Origin: Candidatus Omnitrophota bacterium
GTDB taxonomy: Bacteria; Omnitrophota; Gorgyraeia; Gygaellales; Profunditerraquicolaceae
NCBI GenBank assembly: GCA_043800555.1
Contig: JAZDMX010000002.1
Coordinates: 668 to 64,667 of the forward strand
Direction: 5' to 3'
DNA length: 64,000 bases
The notes beneath the pieces were generated by a model that saw nothing but the letters and a program-made list of their open reading frames with translations, was not told the origin of the DNA and made no database searches. Shown piece by piece: positions 37,193 to 46,430 of this stretch. Every line of letters begins with the position of its first letter. Position 1 is the stretch's first letter. The translations under genes were made by a program, and so were the position numbers.

Positions 37193-38383
37193 ATGCGTGT
37201 AGGCATAGGCGTAAGCACGGAACTCGATCACTTAAAAGCGGCAAAAGAAGCGGTTGAAAAAGCAACTGCCCAGCTAAACTCGGACAATATCGATTTTGCG
37301 TTTCTGTTTGCTACGAAAGAATTCAGCCATCAGCTAGTCTTGCAAACAATCGCCGGCCTTATCGGCTCAACACCCCTCCTTGGCTCAAGCAGCTCAATTA
37401 TCATATCCAAAAACGGGCCCTTGAAATACGGCCTGGCCCTTGCGCTCTTCAGCTTAAGCGAAGGCGCTTATTGCAACGCTGCTTGCGTCAAAAACATACC
37501 TGCGAATGGCACGCTGGCAGCCGGAGAAGAGCTGGGAGAAAAACTCTTGTATGGGTGCAAAGACGTGCGCCGCGATTTAAGCGTTATATTTTCCAATACG
37601 AATACGAGCGATTATTCAAACCTAATCATAGGCGTGCAGGAAAAACTAGGCAAAGGCTTCCCTTTGGTCGGGGCTTCCCTGTCAAAGAATACGGGAAGTC
37701 CCGAAAACCACGTTTATTTCGGCGCGGAAATATTAAATAACGCGGCTTGCGGGATACTCTGGGGCGGCAAGCTTAATTTTAGCTTAGGCATAGAACACGG
37801 CTGGCAGCCTTTGGGAAAGCCGCGTTACGTTACGCGGGCGCAGATGGATACGGTTAACGAAATAGACGGCTTGCCGGCGGTTAATTTATATAAAGAATAC
37901 TTCGGCAAAGAAATTCTCTCCCTGAAAAGAGAACTTAAGCGCATCTCGGTATTTTATCCGCTGGGGGTAGCTTTGCCCGAGAAAAACGAATACCTGGTAA
38001 GGAGCGTCGTATCGATAAAAAATGACGGCTCCCTTCTTTTTCAGGGAGAGGTCCCCGAAGGAAGCAAGGTCAGGCTTATGATCAGCTCAAAGGATTCCTG
38101 CCTGGCCAGCGTAGCTAAAGCCGCCCAGGCGGCCTTAAATAACGCCAAAGGCAAAAAAATTAAATTTGCGCTTGTATTAAATTCTTTATCGCGGTATGCT
38201 CTCTTAGGCAGGCAGGCCTCCCAAGAGATAAAAATCATGCGGGAGGCGCTGGGTAACGAAGTGCCCTTTGCCGGCGTATACACCTCGGCGGAACAAGCCC
38301 CTTTAAGCTCCGCTAACTACAGTTTGGGGAAAACATATTTTCACAATAACTCGATAGCGATATTAACCATAACCGAATGGTAA
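37193..38383 (+). CDS. FIST-domain sensory protein
   Basis: HGWQPLG, VNEIDGLPA, YPLG, GVYTSAEQAP, HNNSI. Start reassigned to MRVGIG. Confidence 0.88.
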   Translation: MRVGIGVSTELDHLKAAKEAVEKATAQLNSDNIDFAFLFATKEFSHQLVLQTIAGLIGSTPLLGSSSSIIISKNGPLKYGLALALFSLSEGAYCNAACVKNIPANGTLAAGEELGEKLLYGCKDVRRDLSVIFSNTNTSDYSNLIIGVQEKLGKGFPLVGASLSKNTGSPENHVYFGAEILNNAACGILWGGKLNFSLGIEHGWQPLGKPRYVTRAQMDTVNEIDGLPAVNLYKEYFGKEILSLKRELKRISVFYPLGVALPEKNEYLVRSVVSIKNDGSLLFQGEVPEGSKVRLMISSKDSCLASVAKAAQAALNNAKGKKIKFALVLNSLSRYALLGRQASQEIKIMREALGNEVPFAGVYTSAEQAPLSSANYSLGKTYFHNNSIAILTITEW

Positions 38384-38396
38384 CCCCTGTTCAGAA

Positions 38397-39872
38397 ATGC
38401 TGACTATTATAGTATTCGCCTTAACAACCATACCTCTTGCCCTGGTGCTCCTGTATAAAATACAGGGCATAAAGCAATTGCGTTCGCAAGTCAACAGCCT
38501 GAAAAAATCCCTCGATGATATGGATGAACAGGCCAAGCTTATCGTGCGCACGGATATGGAATTGAATAAAATAGGGGAAGAGCTGGATAAAAAGGTATCC
38601 GGCCTCTACGCGCTGCAAAGTTTATCCCGCATCATAAGCATGACCCTGGAGGAAGACCAAATATTTAAACGGATACAGCCGGAATATTTGAAGGAGCTGG
38701 GGTTTGAAAAGGCGTTTGGCTTTCTCTGGAACGATAAAAACAAGGATTTTGTTTTGCGTTTTAGCGTAGGATACTCCGAAGAGGAGGTCAAAGCGATAGA
38801 GTCGTTCATTAACGGCAATAAAGAAAGCTGCATGAATTTTATAACAAGCGACAAAACGCTGTCTTCTGTCTCGGCATCCAATAATTTAATCTCTACGCAG
38901 CAGTTAAATGAAATTTTCAAGGCCCACTCGTTTATCGTTTCCCCTTTGGCCCCTCAACAGAATAACCGGGGATTGATCTTTGCCGGGACGCAAAACTTGG
39001 AAACGCTGGTCACCGAAGGAGATGAGGAATTAATTAAAATACTCTCTACCCAGTTGGCCCAAGCCCTTGAAAATGCCCGTCTTTTTGAAAAGACCTGGCG
39101 CGCGCAGCAGGAGCTGGAACATAAAGTAACCGAAAGGACCCATGAATTAACCGTGGCCCTGGAAGAAGTAAAAAAGATAAGCGACCGCAAAACCAGTTTC
39201 GTTTCAAGCGTTTCCCACGAATTAAGGACGCCCCTTACTTCCATAAAAGGATACGCCGCGATAATGCTTGCCGGAAAATTAGGGGATTTACCGCCCGACG
39301 TGCGCCAACGGCTGGAGAAAATAAACCGGCATAGCGACGAACTTGTGCATATGGTCAACGAACTGCTGGATATATCCCGTATTGAATCCGGCCGGGTAAC
39401 GATGCGGGCAGAGATTTGCAACCTGAAAGAGATAGCGGATAAAACGGATGATTTATTATCCGGCCAACTAAAGGAACGGAAATTACATTTGACTGCTGAG
39501 ATTAACCCCGAGGCAAACTTAGTTTTAGCCGACAGGACGCAGATAGAGCGCGTATTTATAAACCTTGTGGGCAACGCGATGAAATTTACTCCGCCCGGCG
39601 GCGCGATAACCATAAAAAGCCGCAAAGCGGACAATATGGCGGAGGTCAGCGTAACGGATACCGGCTGCGGCATACCCGAAGAAGCGCATAACGTTATATT
39701 TGACGAATTCTACCGGGTGGATAATGCCATAAACCAGGAAGTTAAGGGGACGGGCTTAGGGCTGGCCCTTGTAAAACACATCGTTGAGGCTCATGGCGGA
39801 AGAATTTGGGTAAAAAGCCCTCCCGGAAGCGGAGCAACTTTTAGCTTTACGCTTCCGATAGCTTGCGCGTAA
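38397..39872 (+). CDS. GAF-domain sensor histidine kinase
   Basis: N-terminal TM, ALENARLF, SHELRTPL H-box, NLVGNAMKFT, DTGCGI, GTGLGL. Confidence 0.93.
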   Translation: MLTIIVFALTTIPLALVLLYKIQGIKQLRSQVNSLKKSLDDMDEQAKLIVRTDMELNKIGEELDKKVSGLYALQSLSRIISMTLEEDQIFKRIQPEYLKELGFEKAFGFLWNDKNKDFVLRFSVGYSEEEVKAIESFINGNKESCMNFITSDKTLSSVSASNNLISTQQLNEIFKAHSFIVSPLAPQQNNRGLIFAGTQNLETLVTEGDEELIKILSTQLAQALENARLFEKTWRAQQELEHKVTERTHELTVALEEVKKISDRKTSFVSSVSHELRTPLTSIKGYAAIMLAGKLGDLPPDVRQRLEKINRHSDELVHMVNELLDISRIESGRVTMRAEICNLKEIADKTDDLLSGQLKERKLHLTAEINPEANLVLADRTQIERVFINLVGNAMKFTPPGGAITIKSRKADNMAEVSVTDTGCGIPEEAHNVIFDEFYRVDNAINQEVKGTGLGLALVKHIVEAHGGRIWVKSPPGSGATFSFTLPIACA

Positions 39873-39906
39873 TCAACCTGGGGGCTTTTAACGGATACTA
39901 TTAACT

Positions 39907-40842
39907 ATGTCCATAAAAATACTTATAGTCGATGATGACCCCGATATACGGGACGTATTAAAACTCACCCTCTCCGAGGAAAATTATGAAATACTGGAAG
40001 TGGGCGACGGAGAGGAAGCCCTGAAGGTAATCCACGACAACCAGCCTGACCTGATACTGCTGGATTATAAAATACCCAAGATTGACGGCCGCGAAGTATG
40101 CCGCAGAATAAAAAGCGATTTACTCCTGCGGCATTTACCTATAATTATGGTAACCGGTAAAGGCGATATAAGCGACAAGGTTGACGGCATTGACGCCGGC
40201 GCCGACGATTACGTAGTTAAGCCATTTGAGCCGAAAGAACTTCTGGCGCGGATCCGCATGATCTTAAGGCATACTGAACGCGACCTGGAAGCAAACCCGC
40301 TTACCCGCCTTCCCGGGAACGTTTCGATATTAAAAGAGCTCTCCACGCGCATCGAAAGCAAATCTTTATTTGCCGTATGCTACATAGACCTGGATAAATT
40401 CAAATCCTATAACGATAAATACGGGTTTGAGCACGGAGACGAGGTAATCCGCGAAACCGCGCGCATCCTGATACGCGCGACGCAGGAGCATGGCAATAAC
40501 AACGACTTCGTAGGGCACATAGGCGGAGACGATTTCGTAATCGTAACTACTCCTGAGAAAACTGACCCGCTATGCCAGAAAGTGATACTTGATTTCGAGA
40601 AGCTTGTCCCTTCCTTTTATAATGAAAATGACGGGAAAAACGGGTACATAATAGGCAAGGGAAGGCACGGACAGGAACAAAAAATACCTCTTCTCTCCAT
40701 ATCCATAGGTATAGTAACCAACCAATACCGCAAAGTTACTCACGTAGCCCAAATCGGAGAAATAGGCGCGGAGTTAAAAGCTTACGCTAAAAGCCTCGAA
40801 AGAAGTAACTATGTAAAAGACAGGCGCATAGAAAACAGATAA
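39907..40842 (+). CDS. Response regulator with GGDEF (GGDDF) diguanylate cyclase domain
   Basis: REC (VDDD, LLD, KPF); NPLTRLPGN, DLDKFKSYNDKYG...GD, GHIGGDDF. Confidence 0.92.
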   Translation: MSIKILIVDDDPDIRDVLKLTLSEENYEILEVGDGEEALKVIHDNQPDLILLDYKIPKIDGREVCRRIKSDLLLRHLPIIMVTGKGDISDKVDGIDAGADDYVVKPFEPKELLARIRMILRHTERDLEANPLTRLPGNVSILKELSTRIESKSLFAVCYIDLDKFKSYNDKYGFEHGDEVIRETARILIRATQEHGNNNDFVGHIGGDDFVIVTTPEKTDPLCQKVILDFEKLVPSFYNENDGKNGYIIGKGRHGQEQKIPLLSISIGIVTNQYRKVTHVAQIGEIGAELKAYAKSLERSNYVKDRRIENR

Positions 40843-40843
40843 C

Positions 40844-40907
40844 AAACAGGGACAGCAACCGTTTTCCAAGCAGGCGATAATTTGAGAAACGGTTGCTGTC
40901 CCTGTTT
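40844..40907. repeat. Second-family palindrome / bidirectional terminator
   Basis: AAACAGGGACAGCAACCGTTT-loop-AAACGGTTGCTGTCCCTGTTT between convergent genes. Confidence 0.8.
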
Positions 40908-40914
40908 AATTTAC

Positions 40915-40998
40915 TGGTGCGCGAGGGGGGAGTTGAACCCCCAAGCCTTGCGGCACAAGCCCCTCATGCTTGCGTGTCTGCCATTCCACCACCCGCGC
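40915..40998 (-). tRNA. tRNA-Leu(GAG)
   Basis: GCGCGGGTGGTGGAATGGCAGACAC...AT-GAG-GG, long variable arm, GGTTCAACTCC, encoded CCA. Confidence 0.93.
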
Positions 40999-41069
40999 GC
41001 AATCTGCGTCGACCCGTGATTATAACAATAGCCGGATAAAATATCAAGTAAAAATGAGCTCGAAAACGG

Positions 41070-41132
41070 AAAAGGGGGACGTTTCTACTTTTCCGGCACG
41101 AGGCTTGCGAAAAGTAGAAACGTCCCCCTTTT
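41070..41132. repeat. Palindromic REP-like element
   Basis: Consensus match, just after the stop of 41136-42278. Confidence 0.9.
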
Positions 41133-41135
41133 CCT

Positions 41136-42278
41136 TCACAAATTGAAGCGTTCCCTGTTCAGTTGAAAGAATACCCGGAAAGCGTTCCTGTTCTCGAAAT
41201 TCTTGACCAGCCTGATTGTTTCGATTAACGCCCAGGCCCCATACACCCAGATGATCTCTGCGCGTATGGCCGGAAAGATGAATTGAGCCAGCCATAACAA
41301 AAACAGGGCTGCGGCCTCAAAAAACTTAAAATCCATGCTTGCTAAAAACAAGAAGCCCAGATAAGACTGGATAATCGTAAGGAGTATCTCCACCTTTTGC
41401 TGGTCGTCGAAAATAACGCTCGCCACCCTGCCCATGCCGAAAGAATAAATAAACGGAATAAGCGCCACCAGGATGGTCCACTGGTTGATGGAGGAAGAAA
41501 CAAAATTGGCCAGCGCCATAGGCGCCTTATTTACCTTTCTGGCCCAATAGAACGCCGAAAGCTTCTCGGGGAACTCGCTTAAGAACGGCGCCACCCACTG
41601 CACAAATACGAATTGCGATATGCCGGCCGAAACAGCCAAAGCAAGCATGGAGTCTAAAAACGGGTGGGCTGCGAAATAAAGGACCGTGCCTCCTGCAACA
41701 AAGAATAATACGACCCAGGCTATATTCAACGGGCGTTTTTGCCGCATTACGTATTTAGGTATCCGGCCCAAATCGCCGACATCCTCCTGTTCATGCGGAG
41801 GCATCTTCGATAAAAGATACAAATAGCCGAAATAAATCGCGCTGAGGATTAAACCGTCAAAAATATTCAGGGAACTCTTAAAATAGATAACCAGAAAATA
41901 GAGCAAAGCCGGCAAAAGCGAAAGGACGGCTATGGAATGTTCATCCTCCAGCTCTATGCTCCACGGATTTTTACCGCCGGGTTTACCCCTCCTGTGGAAA
42001 AAAGCGACAAAATAAACCATCGGCCAGCCTAAACCGACGAATAGCCTTAAAGAGCCTGTATAATTAGCGGTGATTAGATGTAATTTGGAAGGGTCTCTGG
42101 CCGCGGTAAAAGCAATTACTCCTTCTACCGCAAACTCCGGAAGGGTTTGTATCCATGCCAAAACAGCCAAAGCCAGGCCTTGCGAAATAAAGAATTGCCC
42201 GCACTCGGCTGCCCAGGAAATAAGCAGGGCGGCTAAGATTATCGCGGGAAACGTCCATAGGGCGCTTAAAGCTTCCAT
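41136..42278 (-). CDS. Ca2+/cation antiporter (CaCA family)
   Basis: Alpha repeats QTLPEF and SEFPEK; about 10 TM helices. Confidence 0.82.
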   Translation of the reverse strand: MEALSALWTFPAIILAALLISWAAECGQFFISQGLALAVLAWIQTLPEFAVEGVIAFTAARDPSKLHLITANYTGSLRLFVGLGWPMVYFVAFFHRRGKPGGKNPWSIELEDEHSIAVLSLLPALLYFLVIYFKSSLNIFDGLILSAIYFGYLYLLSKMPPHEQEDVGDLGRIPKYVMRQKRPLNIAWVVLFFVAGGTVLYFAAHPFLDSMLALAVSAGISQFVFVQWVAPFLSEFPEKLSAFYWARKVNKAPMALANFVSSSINQWTILVALIPFIYSFGMGRVASVIFDDQQKVEILLTIIQSYLGFLFLASMDFKFFEAAALFLLWLAQFIFPAIRAEIIWVYGAWALIETIRLVKNFENRNAFRVFFQLNRERFNL

Positions 42279-42295
42279 ATAATAAAGGGGAACCC

Positions 42296-42652
42296 TTATT
42301 CGTTAGCGTCGTTTAAATCGCTAAGATTTCTTATTTTTAAACCGCTTAAATCATCTTTATAATAGGTAATCGAAACAGGGTCTCCCTGCTCGACATCGAA
42401 GAGTAAGATAGATTCTGTGCCCCGGGTAAGCTCTGAATCACCGGTAACCTTAAGGGCAATCTCATCCGAGTCCCCGGTATAGGGATCGGTATAACGCACG
42501 CTCAATACCGATTTTATCCAGTCTACGGAAGAGACTGTCCCGGAAATAGATTTATCGCCGCTTTCATCCGCTAAAGCCGCGGGAGCAATTATAAAGCAGA
42601 AAATCAGGAAAATAATGCTTATTTTATTCATTTTTCTCCTTTCTACGGGCAT
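42296..42652 (-). CDS. Secreted hypothetical protein (small beta-barrel-like)
   Basis: Signal peptide ending ALA; ISGTVSSVD...GDPVSITY. Confidence 0.65.
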   Translation of the reverse strand: MPVERRKMNKISIIFLIFCFIIAPAALADESGDKSISGTVSSVDWIKSVLSVRYTDPYTGDSDEIALKVTGDSELTRGTESILLFDVEQGDPVSITYYKDDLSGLKIRNLSDLNDANE

Positions 42653-42827
42653 TCATCTCCGGCGGCATTCCGAGCCCTATTTGCTTACGGCAACAAAAAA
42701 CAGGCTGCTTCCTCCATATTACTGCCGGCAACTAACATAAAACCGGCGGAACCCATTATACCCCGCCCACCCCAAAAAAGCGCCCACTTACAAACTCAAT
42801 AGTATGATACAATAAATAAGGTGAATA

Positions 42828-43949
42828 TCAAGGAATTACGCTGGAGGCGTTTTCTTCTTCCAGGATATTAACCAAGGCGGGATTTTCAGTCAGGCTGCTA
42901 TAATGAAAAATAACATATCCCCCTGCCTCCAGCTTCTCCGAAAACCTAAGCTCTTCCTTGAATTCTTCCGGTAAATTCCCCAGCTTATAAGCGCCAATGC
43001 CAATCTTCACTTTTCTAAAATCATCCACCTTATCTTTAATTGCTGATATCCACCTTTTGAATTCCGAAGGCTCCGGAGAATAATCCATCACCGTAACAAA
43101 ATCAACTAATTTGCGGTTAAGCCAGGAAGGCCAATCCTGAAATGCCTCAGAGCAGGCGCGCTGGATAGGCATACACCCTGTAACCGAAATCCGGATATTC
43201 GGGCGGATCCGCCGGGCCGCTTGCACAAGCCTTTCAAGCATTGCGGTTACCTGGGCGGATTTCCAATCTTGCCAAACATGGCTATCTTCTTCTATGTGTT
43301 TGGCGCCGGTTGCTTTCCGGAAACGTTCCATATTCATCGCGGTATAGCCGTAAGCGGGGTTCTTATCCGGATACCGGACATAATCAAGCTGTATACCGTC
43401 TAAATCCGGATAGGCCCGGACAACTTCCTCGACAATTCCGGAAAGTTCGCCGCGGACGCGGATATCCCCCGGCTCAAGGAAATATTGCCCATCAATCCTA
43501 TAATCTTCCGGGCCCTTCTTTTCTTTCAGGTCCCTCGTCAAAACGCTAAAGCCGTATTTTCTAAGAATGGGGGCGTTTTTATTCCTGCTTAAGCTTAAAA
43601 TATTGAGCCAGGCGTGCACCTCTATGCCGAGGCTATGGGCTTGCTTAATAAGAAGCCCAAGCGGGTCTTCAGAAACATTTTCCAGGCAGGCATTGTATGG
43701 GGCAGGATCCGCGATTTTCGACGCAAACCAAGACCGGTTCCCCCGGTAGATTTGAATAAAAATGACTCTAGCGCGGATCCTTTTGGCTAAATTTACAAGC
43801 TTGGATATTTCCCGGCGGCTTGAAAGCGCTTGGGGTTCATCCAGCGCCATCACAAATAGCCCGCTACCGGCTAAAGCCCCTTCGCACCTGGCAATGGGCG
43901 AAAAGAGAAATAACAGGCATAAGATATAAACTAAACCGCATTTCTTCAT
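42828..43949 (-). CDS. GHL10/DUF187 (DigH/YddW-like) glycoside hydrolase
   Basis: DPLGLLIKQAHSLGIEVHAWLN, DGIQLDYVRYP, QDWPSWL, MDY. Confidence 0.87.
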   Translation of the reverse strand: MKKCGLVYILCLLFLFSPIARCEGALAGSGLFVMALDEPQALSSRREISKLVNLAKRIRARVIFIQIYRGNRSWFASKIADPAPYNACLENVSEDPLGLLIKQAHSLGIEVHAWLNILSLSRNKNAPILRKYGFSVLTRDLKEKKGPEDYRIDGQYFLEPGDIRVRGELSGIVEEVVRAYPDLDGIQLDYVRYPDKNPAYGYTAMNMERFRKATGAKHIEEDSHVWQDWKSAQVTAMLERLVQAARRIRPNIRISVTGCMPIQRACSEAFQDWPSWLNRKLVDFVTVMDYSPEPSEFKRWISAIKDKVDDFRKVKIGIGAYKLGNLPEEFKEELRFSEKLEAGGYVIFHYSSLTENPALVNILEEENASSVIP

Positions 43950-43968
43950 TTTTACGCGCCGTTAAACT

Positions 43969-45384
43969 TTATTCCGCAATGCTACGTATGGATATGACCC
44001 GCTCAAGCAAAGAACCTTTCCGGGAACCCTCGCCTAAAGCAAGATCGCTGACCACCGCCCGGTTTAGCTTATGGAATACCTCTTTGCCCAACCCTTGTTT
44101 TTGCCTATAACCGTAAATTTCGTGTATCACATACGGACGGTTGCCAAACATCCCCAGATATAAAAGGATATGGCCTTTTAACTGTAAGATTGTTACTCCC
44201 CCGATAGCCTCTTTAGCTAAAATACGCGTTTTCAACTCATTACTCGTCTTCTGCTCAAAGTTGCCTAAAAGCTTCCCGGACCTGCCTTGCTCCGCGGAAT
44301 CCCTCGGCAAGACTATTCCCACCGTAGAAAAAACCTCCTGGATAAAACCCGAACAGTCCTGTTCGCCCCCCTTGCCTCCCCAGCCATAAGGGGCGCCTAA
44401 AAGTTTAAAAGCCTGTTCTATGGTATTACGCGGAGTATACTCCAAATAACCCGGGTTTATCTCTGCCTTCCTTAAATAGGCGGCCTGCTCAACGAACTTC
44501 CCCTCTTTTTGCTGCGAAGGGATAAGGACCGTGGCTGTTTCGGATGCAATCCCTATCAAAGGAAATTTCGCGCCCATCCTGACATAGCCGATACGGCGCG
44601 TTAATGCGGGGTCTTGGAAAATACCGGCCTTGGCGCTAACCACTACGGCAAACGGCGATCTCCCCAGGAAAGCCTTGAAATCGCTGAATTCGCAAAAGGC
44701 AACCTTATCTTTTTTGACCCATCCGGAACTTGTCGGAGAATATACATATACCCAAAGCCCGTCCCTGCTTTCGTGTAAGGCCACCAAAGGAGTGCCGATA
44801 TCTAAAGAACTGTTTTGGAGCTCGTCAAATGCGGCATCTGCCGGAAGTACGGTCAAAATATCCTCAGTCGGAAGCAAACGCTGGTCAGCGTAATGGCGGA
44901 TAAACCCGTAACGCGCATTAATCCTGGAAGGAATTGCCGCAACACTAATTTGCTTTTCCATCTCCTGATAAAAAGGCTCCGCCGCAATTATCGAATCTTT
45001 TGCATAAAGCTTCTGTTTGACAAATCCAGCGAACTCTTTTCTTAAGGAAGAGGCCAATTCTTCTCCGGAACATACCGGGCCTGTTTTTAACAAGTCTTTT
45101 ATAAGCCCAAGCTCTTTTTCTGTCCTGGAATTAAACGCTGCGATACCGGATTGGCTTAAGATAATTTTATCTGCGGAATCGTTCCGGCTGATCCAGAAAC
45201 CAGGCTCTTGTATATGCCTGTTGGCGCAAGGGGCTGTATCGCATCCTGTTGCGGATAATAAGAAAATTGCCAGTAGAAAAAAACAGGGGCGAAAAAAGGG
45301 GGACGTTTCTACTTTTCTCGAGCCCGATTGCCAGAAAAGTAGAAACGTCCCCCTTTTTTCTGAAACACTCCTATTTCCGCGCAT
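43969..45384 (-). CDS. SH3-domain NlpC/P60 peptidoglycan endopeptidase lipoprotein
   Basis: Lipobox ATGC; PYGWGG...DCSGFI, LPRDS, GHILLYLG, VIH. Confidence 0.9.
   Translation of the reverse strand: MRGNRSVSEKRGTFLLFWQSGSRKVETSPFFRPCFFLLAIFLLSATGCDTAPCANRHIQEPGFWISRNDSADKIILSQSGIAAFNSRTEKELGLIKDLLKTGPVCSGEELASSLRKEFAGFVKQKLYAKDSIIAAEPFYQEMEKQISVAAIPSRINARYGFIRHYADQRLLPTEDILTVLPADAAFDELQNSSLDIGTPLVALHESRDGLWVYVYSPTSSGWVKKDKVAFCEFSDFKAFLGRSPFAVVVSAKAGIFQDPALTRRIGYVRMGAKFPLIGIASETATVLIPSQQKEGKFVEQAAYLRKAEINPGYLEYTPRNTIEQAFKLLGAPYGWGGKGGEQDCSGFIQEVFSTVGIVLPRDSAEQGRSGKLLGNFEQKTSNELKTRILAKEAIGGVTILQLKGHILLYLGMFGNRPYVIHEIYGYRQKQGLGKEVFHKLNRAVVSDLALGEGSRKGSLLERVISIRSIAE
45292..45359. repeat. Palindromic REP-like element inside the 5' end of the NlpC/P60 gene
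   Basis: Consensus match; in frame as KRGTFLLFWQSGSRKVETSPFF. Confidence 0.9.
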
Positions 45385-45634
45385 TTTCAACCAATTTGCC
45401 CTGAATCAATGCTAATTTTTTCTTTCTCGCCCAACCTTTGATCAGGGACTCGCGTTTCAGGGCTTCATTCCTACTGCCGCTCGGTTCAGAATAAAGAAGC
45501 TTACGGGCCTTAAATGCGCGGGTAAATTTTCCGCCCTTGCCGGATTTGTGTTCTTGGAATCTTCGCCGGAGATTATCGGTAATGCCGGTATAAAGACTTT
45601 CGTTTCTGCATTCAAGGATATAGACATACCACAT
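45371..45634 (-). CDS. Stand-alone GIY-YIG nuclease (UPF0213/YhbQ-like)
   Basis: YVYIL...LYTGIT...RRFQEH...ALKRE...IK. Confidence 0.92.
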   Translation of the reverse strand: MWYVYILECRNESLYTGITDNLRRRFQEHKSGKGGKFTRAFKARKLLYSEPSGSRNEALKRESLIKGWARKKKLALIQGKLVENARK

Positions 45635-45924
45635 TTCGGTGTATCCTTCGACTCAGTCGCCCTTCGGGCTCCTTCGCTCAGGATGGTTCGCCTCGCTTCT
45701 TAAAGACTCGCTTCAGCTCACTCATATGGCTTGTGGTGAGCGAGCGAAGCGAGTCGAACCACTGCCCAAAGTTGTCGCCAGCCGAGTTTCGCAACCTCAA
45801 TATTGCCAAATAGTTATCAAAATGACTATCCGCTGCGGTAAAGGCGGATTTATTTATCTTGGCGATCCGTCAATCGACAATTAAAATGACAACCTAAATG
45901 GCAATCAAGCTCTATGTTTAGTGC

Positions 45925-46365
45925 TTATTTTCTACGCCCTACTAGTGAAAGTTTCTCTATATATTTATCAATGTTTTTTTCTTCGCCAAAAATATCTGCC
46001 CTAATAGATTTAATAAGAGATTTTAATAGCCTATCATGTTCAATAACCCACTCTTCAGACCATCTGGGGAATTTATCTTCGGCACCCTGGCGTACAAAAC
46101 TGTGAAATTCCATTAAATCTTTTACTACCTGAGGACTGGCAATAACCAATAAAAAATTGATGGATTCTGATAGTTTCTCTTGCGCTTTATCATTTTTGTT
46201 ATCAATAGCGACGTCACTTAATGATTTAAGAAAAGACTTATAGTATTCCTCTTTTAATCTCCTATCTTCTGTTTTTAGTTGAAGTCTCTTTGTGAAATAA
46301 AAAGATAGGGATGCTGTTATTACCGATGCAAATAACCCAATTGTAGCTACTATAATTGGCTCCAC
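45925..46365 (-). CDS. Hypothetical protein, N-terminal TM plus helical domain (AT-rich)
   Basis: 146-aa ORF with AAGGA RBS; no motif recognised. Confidence 0.65.
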   Translation of the reverse strand: MEPIIVATIGLFASVITASLSFYFTKRLQLKTEDRRLKEEYYKSFLKSLSDVAIDNKNDKAQEKLSESINFLLVIASPQVVKDLMEFHSFVRQGAEDKFPRWSEEWVIEHDRLLKSLIKSIRADIFGEEKNIDKYIEKLSLVGRRK

Positions 46366-46430
46366 TTGTTTTTCTTCCTTATGCTAATATTTGTTCGCCT
46401 GAGCCTCAAGATCGGCTGAAAAATTGCGCC

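Noticed and set aside
36807-37218. ORFs 36807-36989 and 36931-37218
   Set aside because: They overlap tRNA-Glu and the palindromic repeat; spurious.
45639-45884. 81-aa plus-strand ORF
   Set aside because: It runs through the palindromic region with no RBS or recognisable motif.
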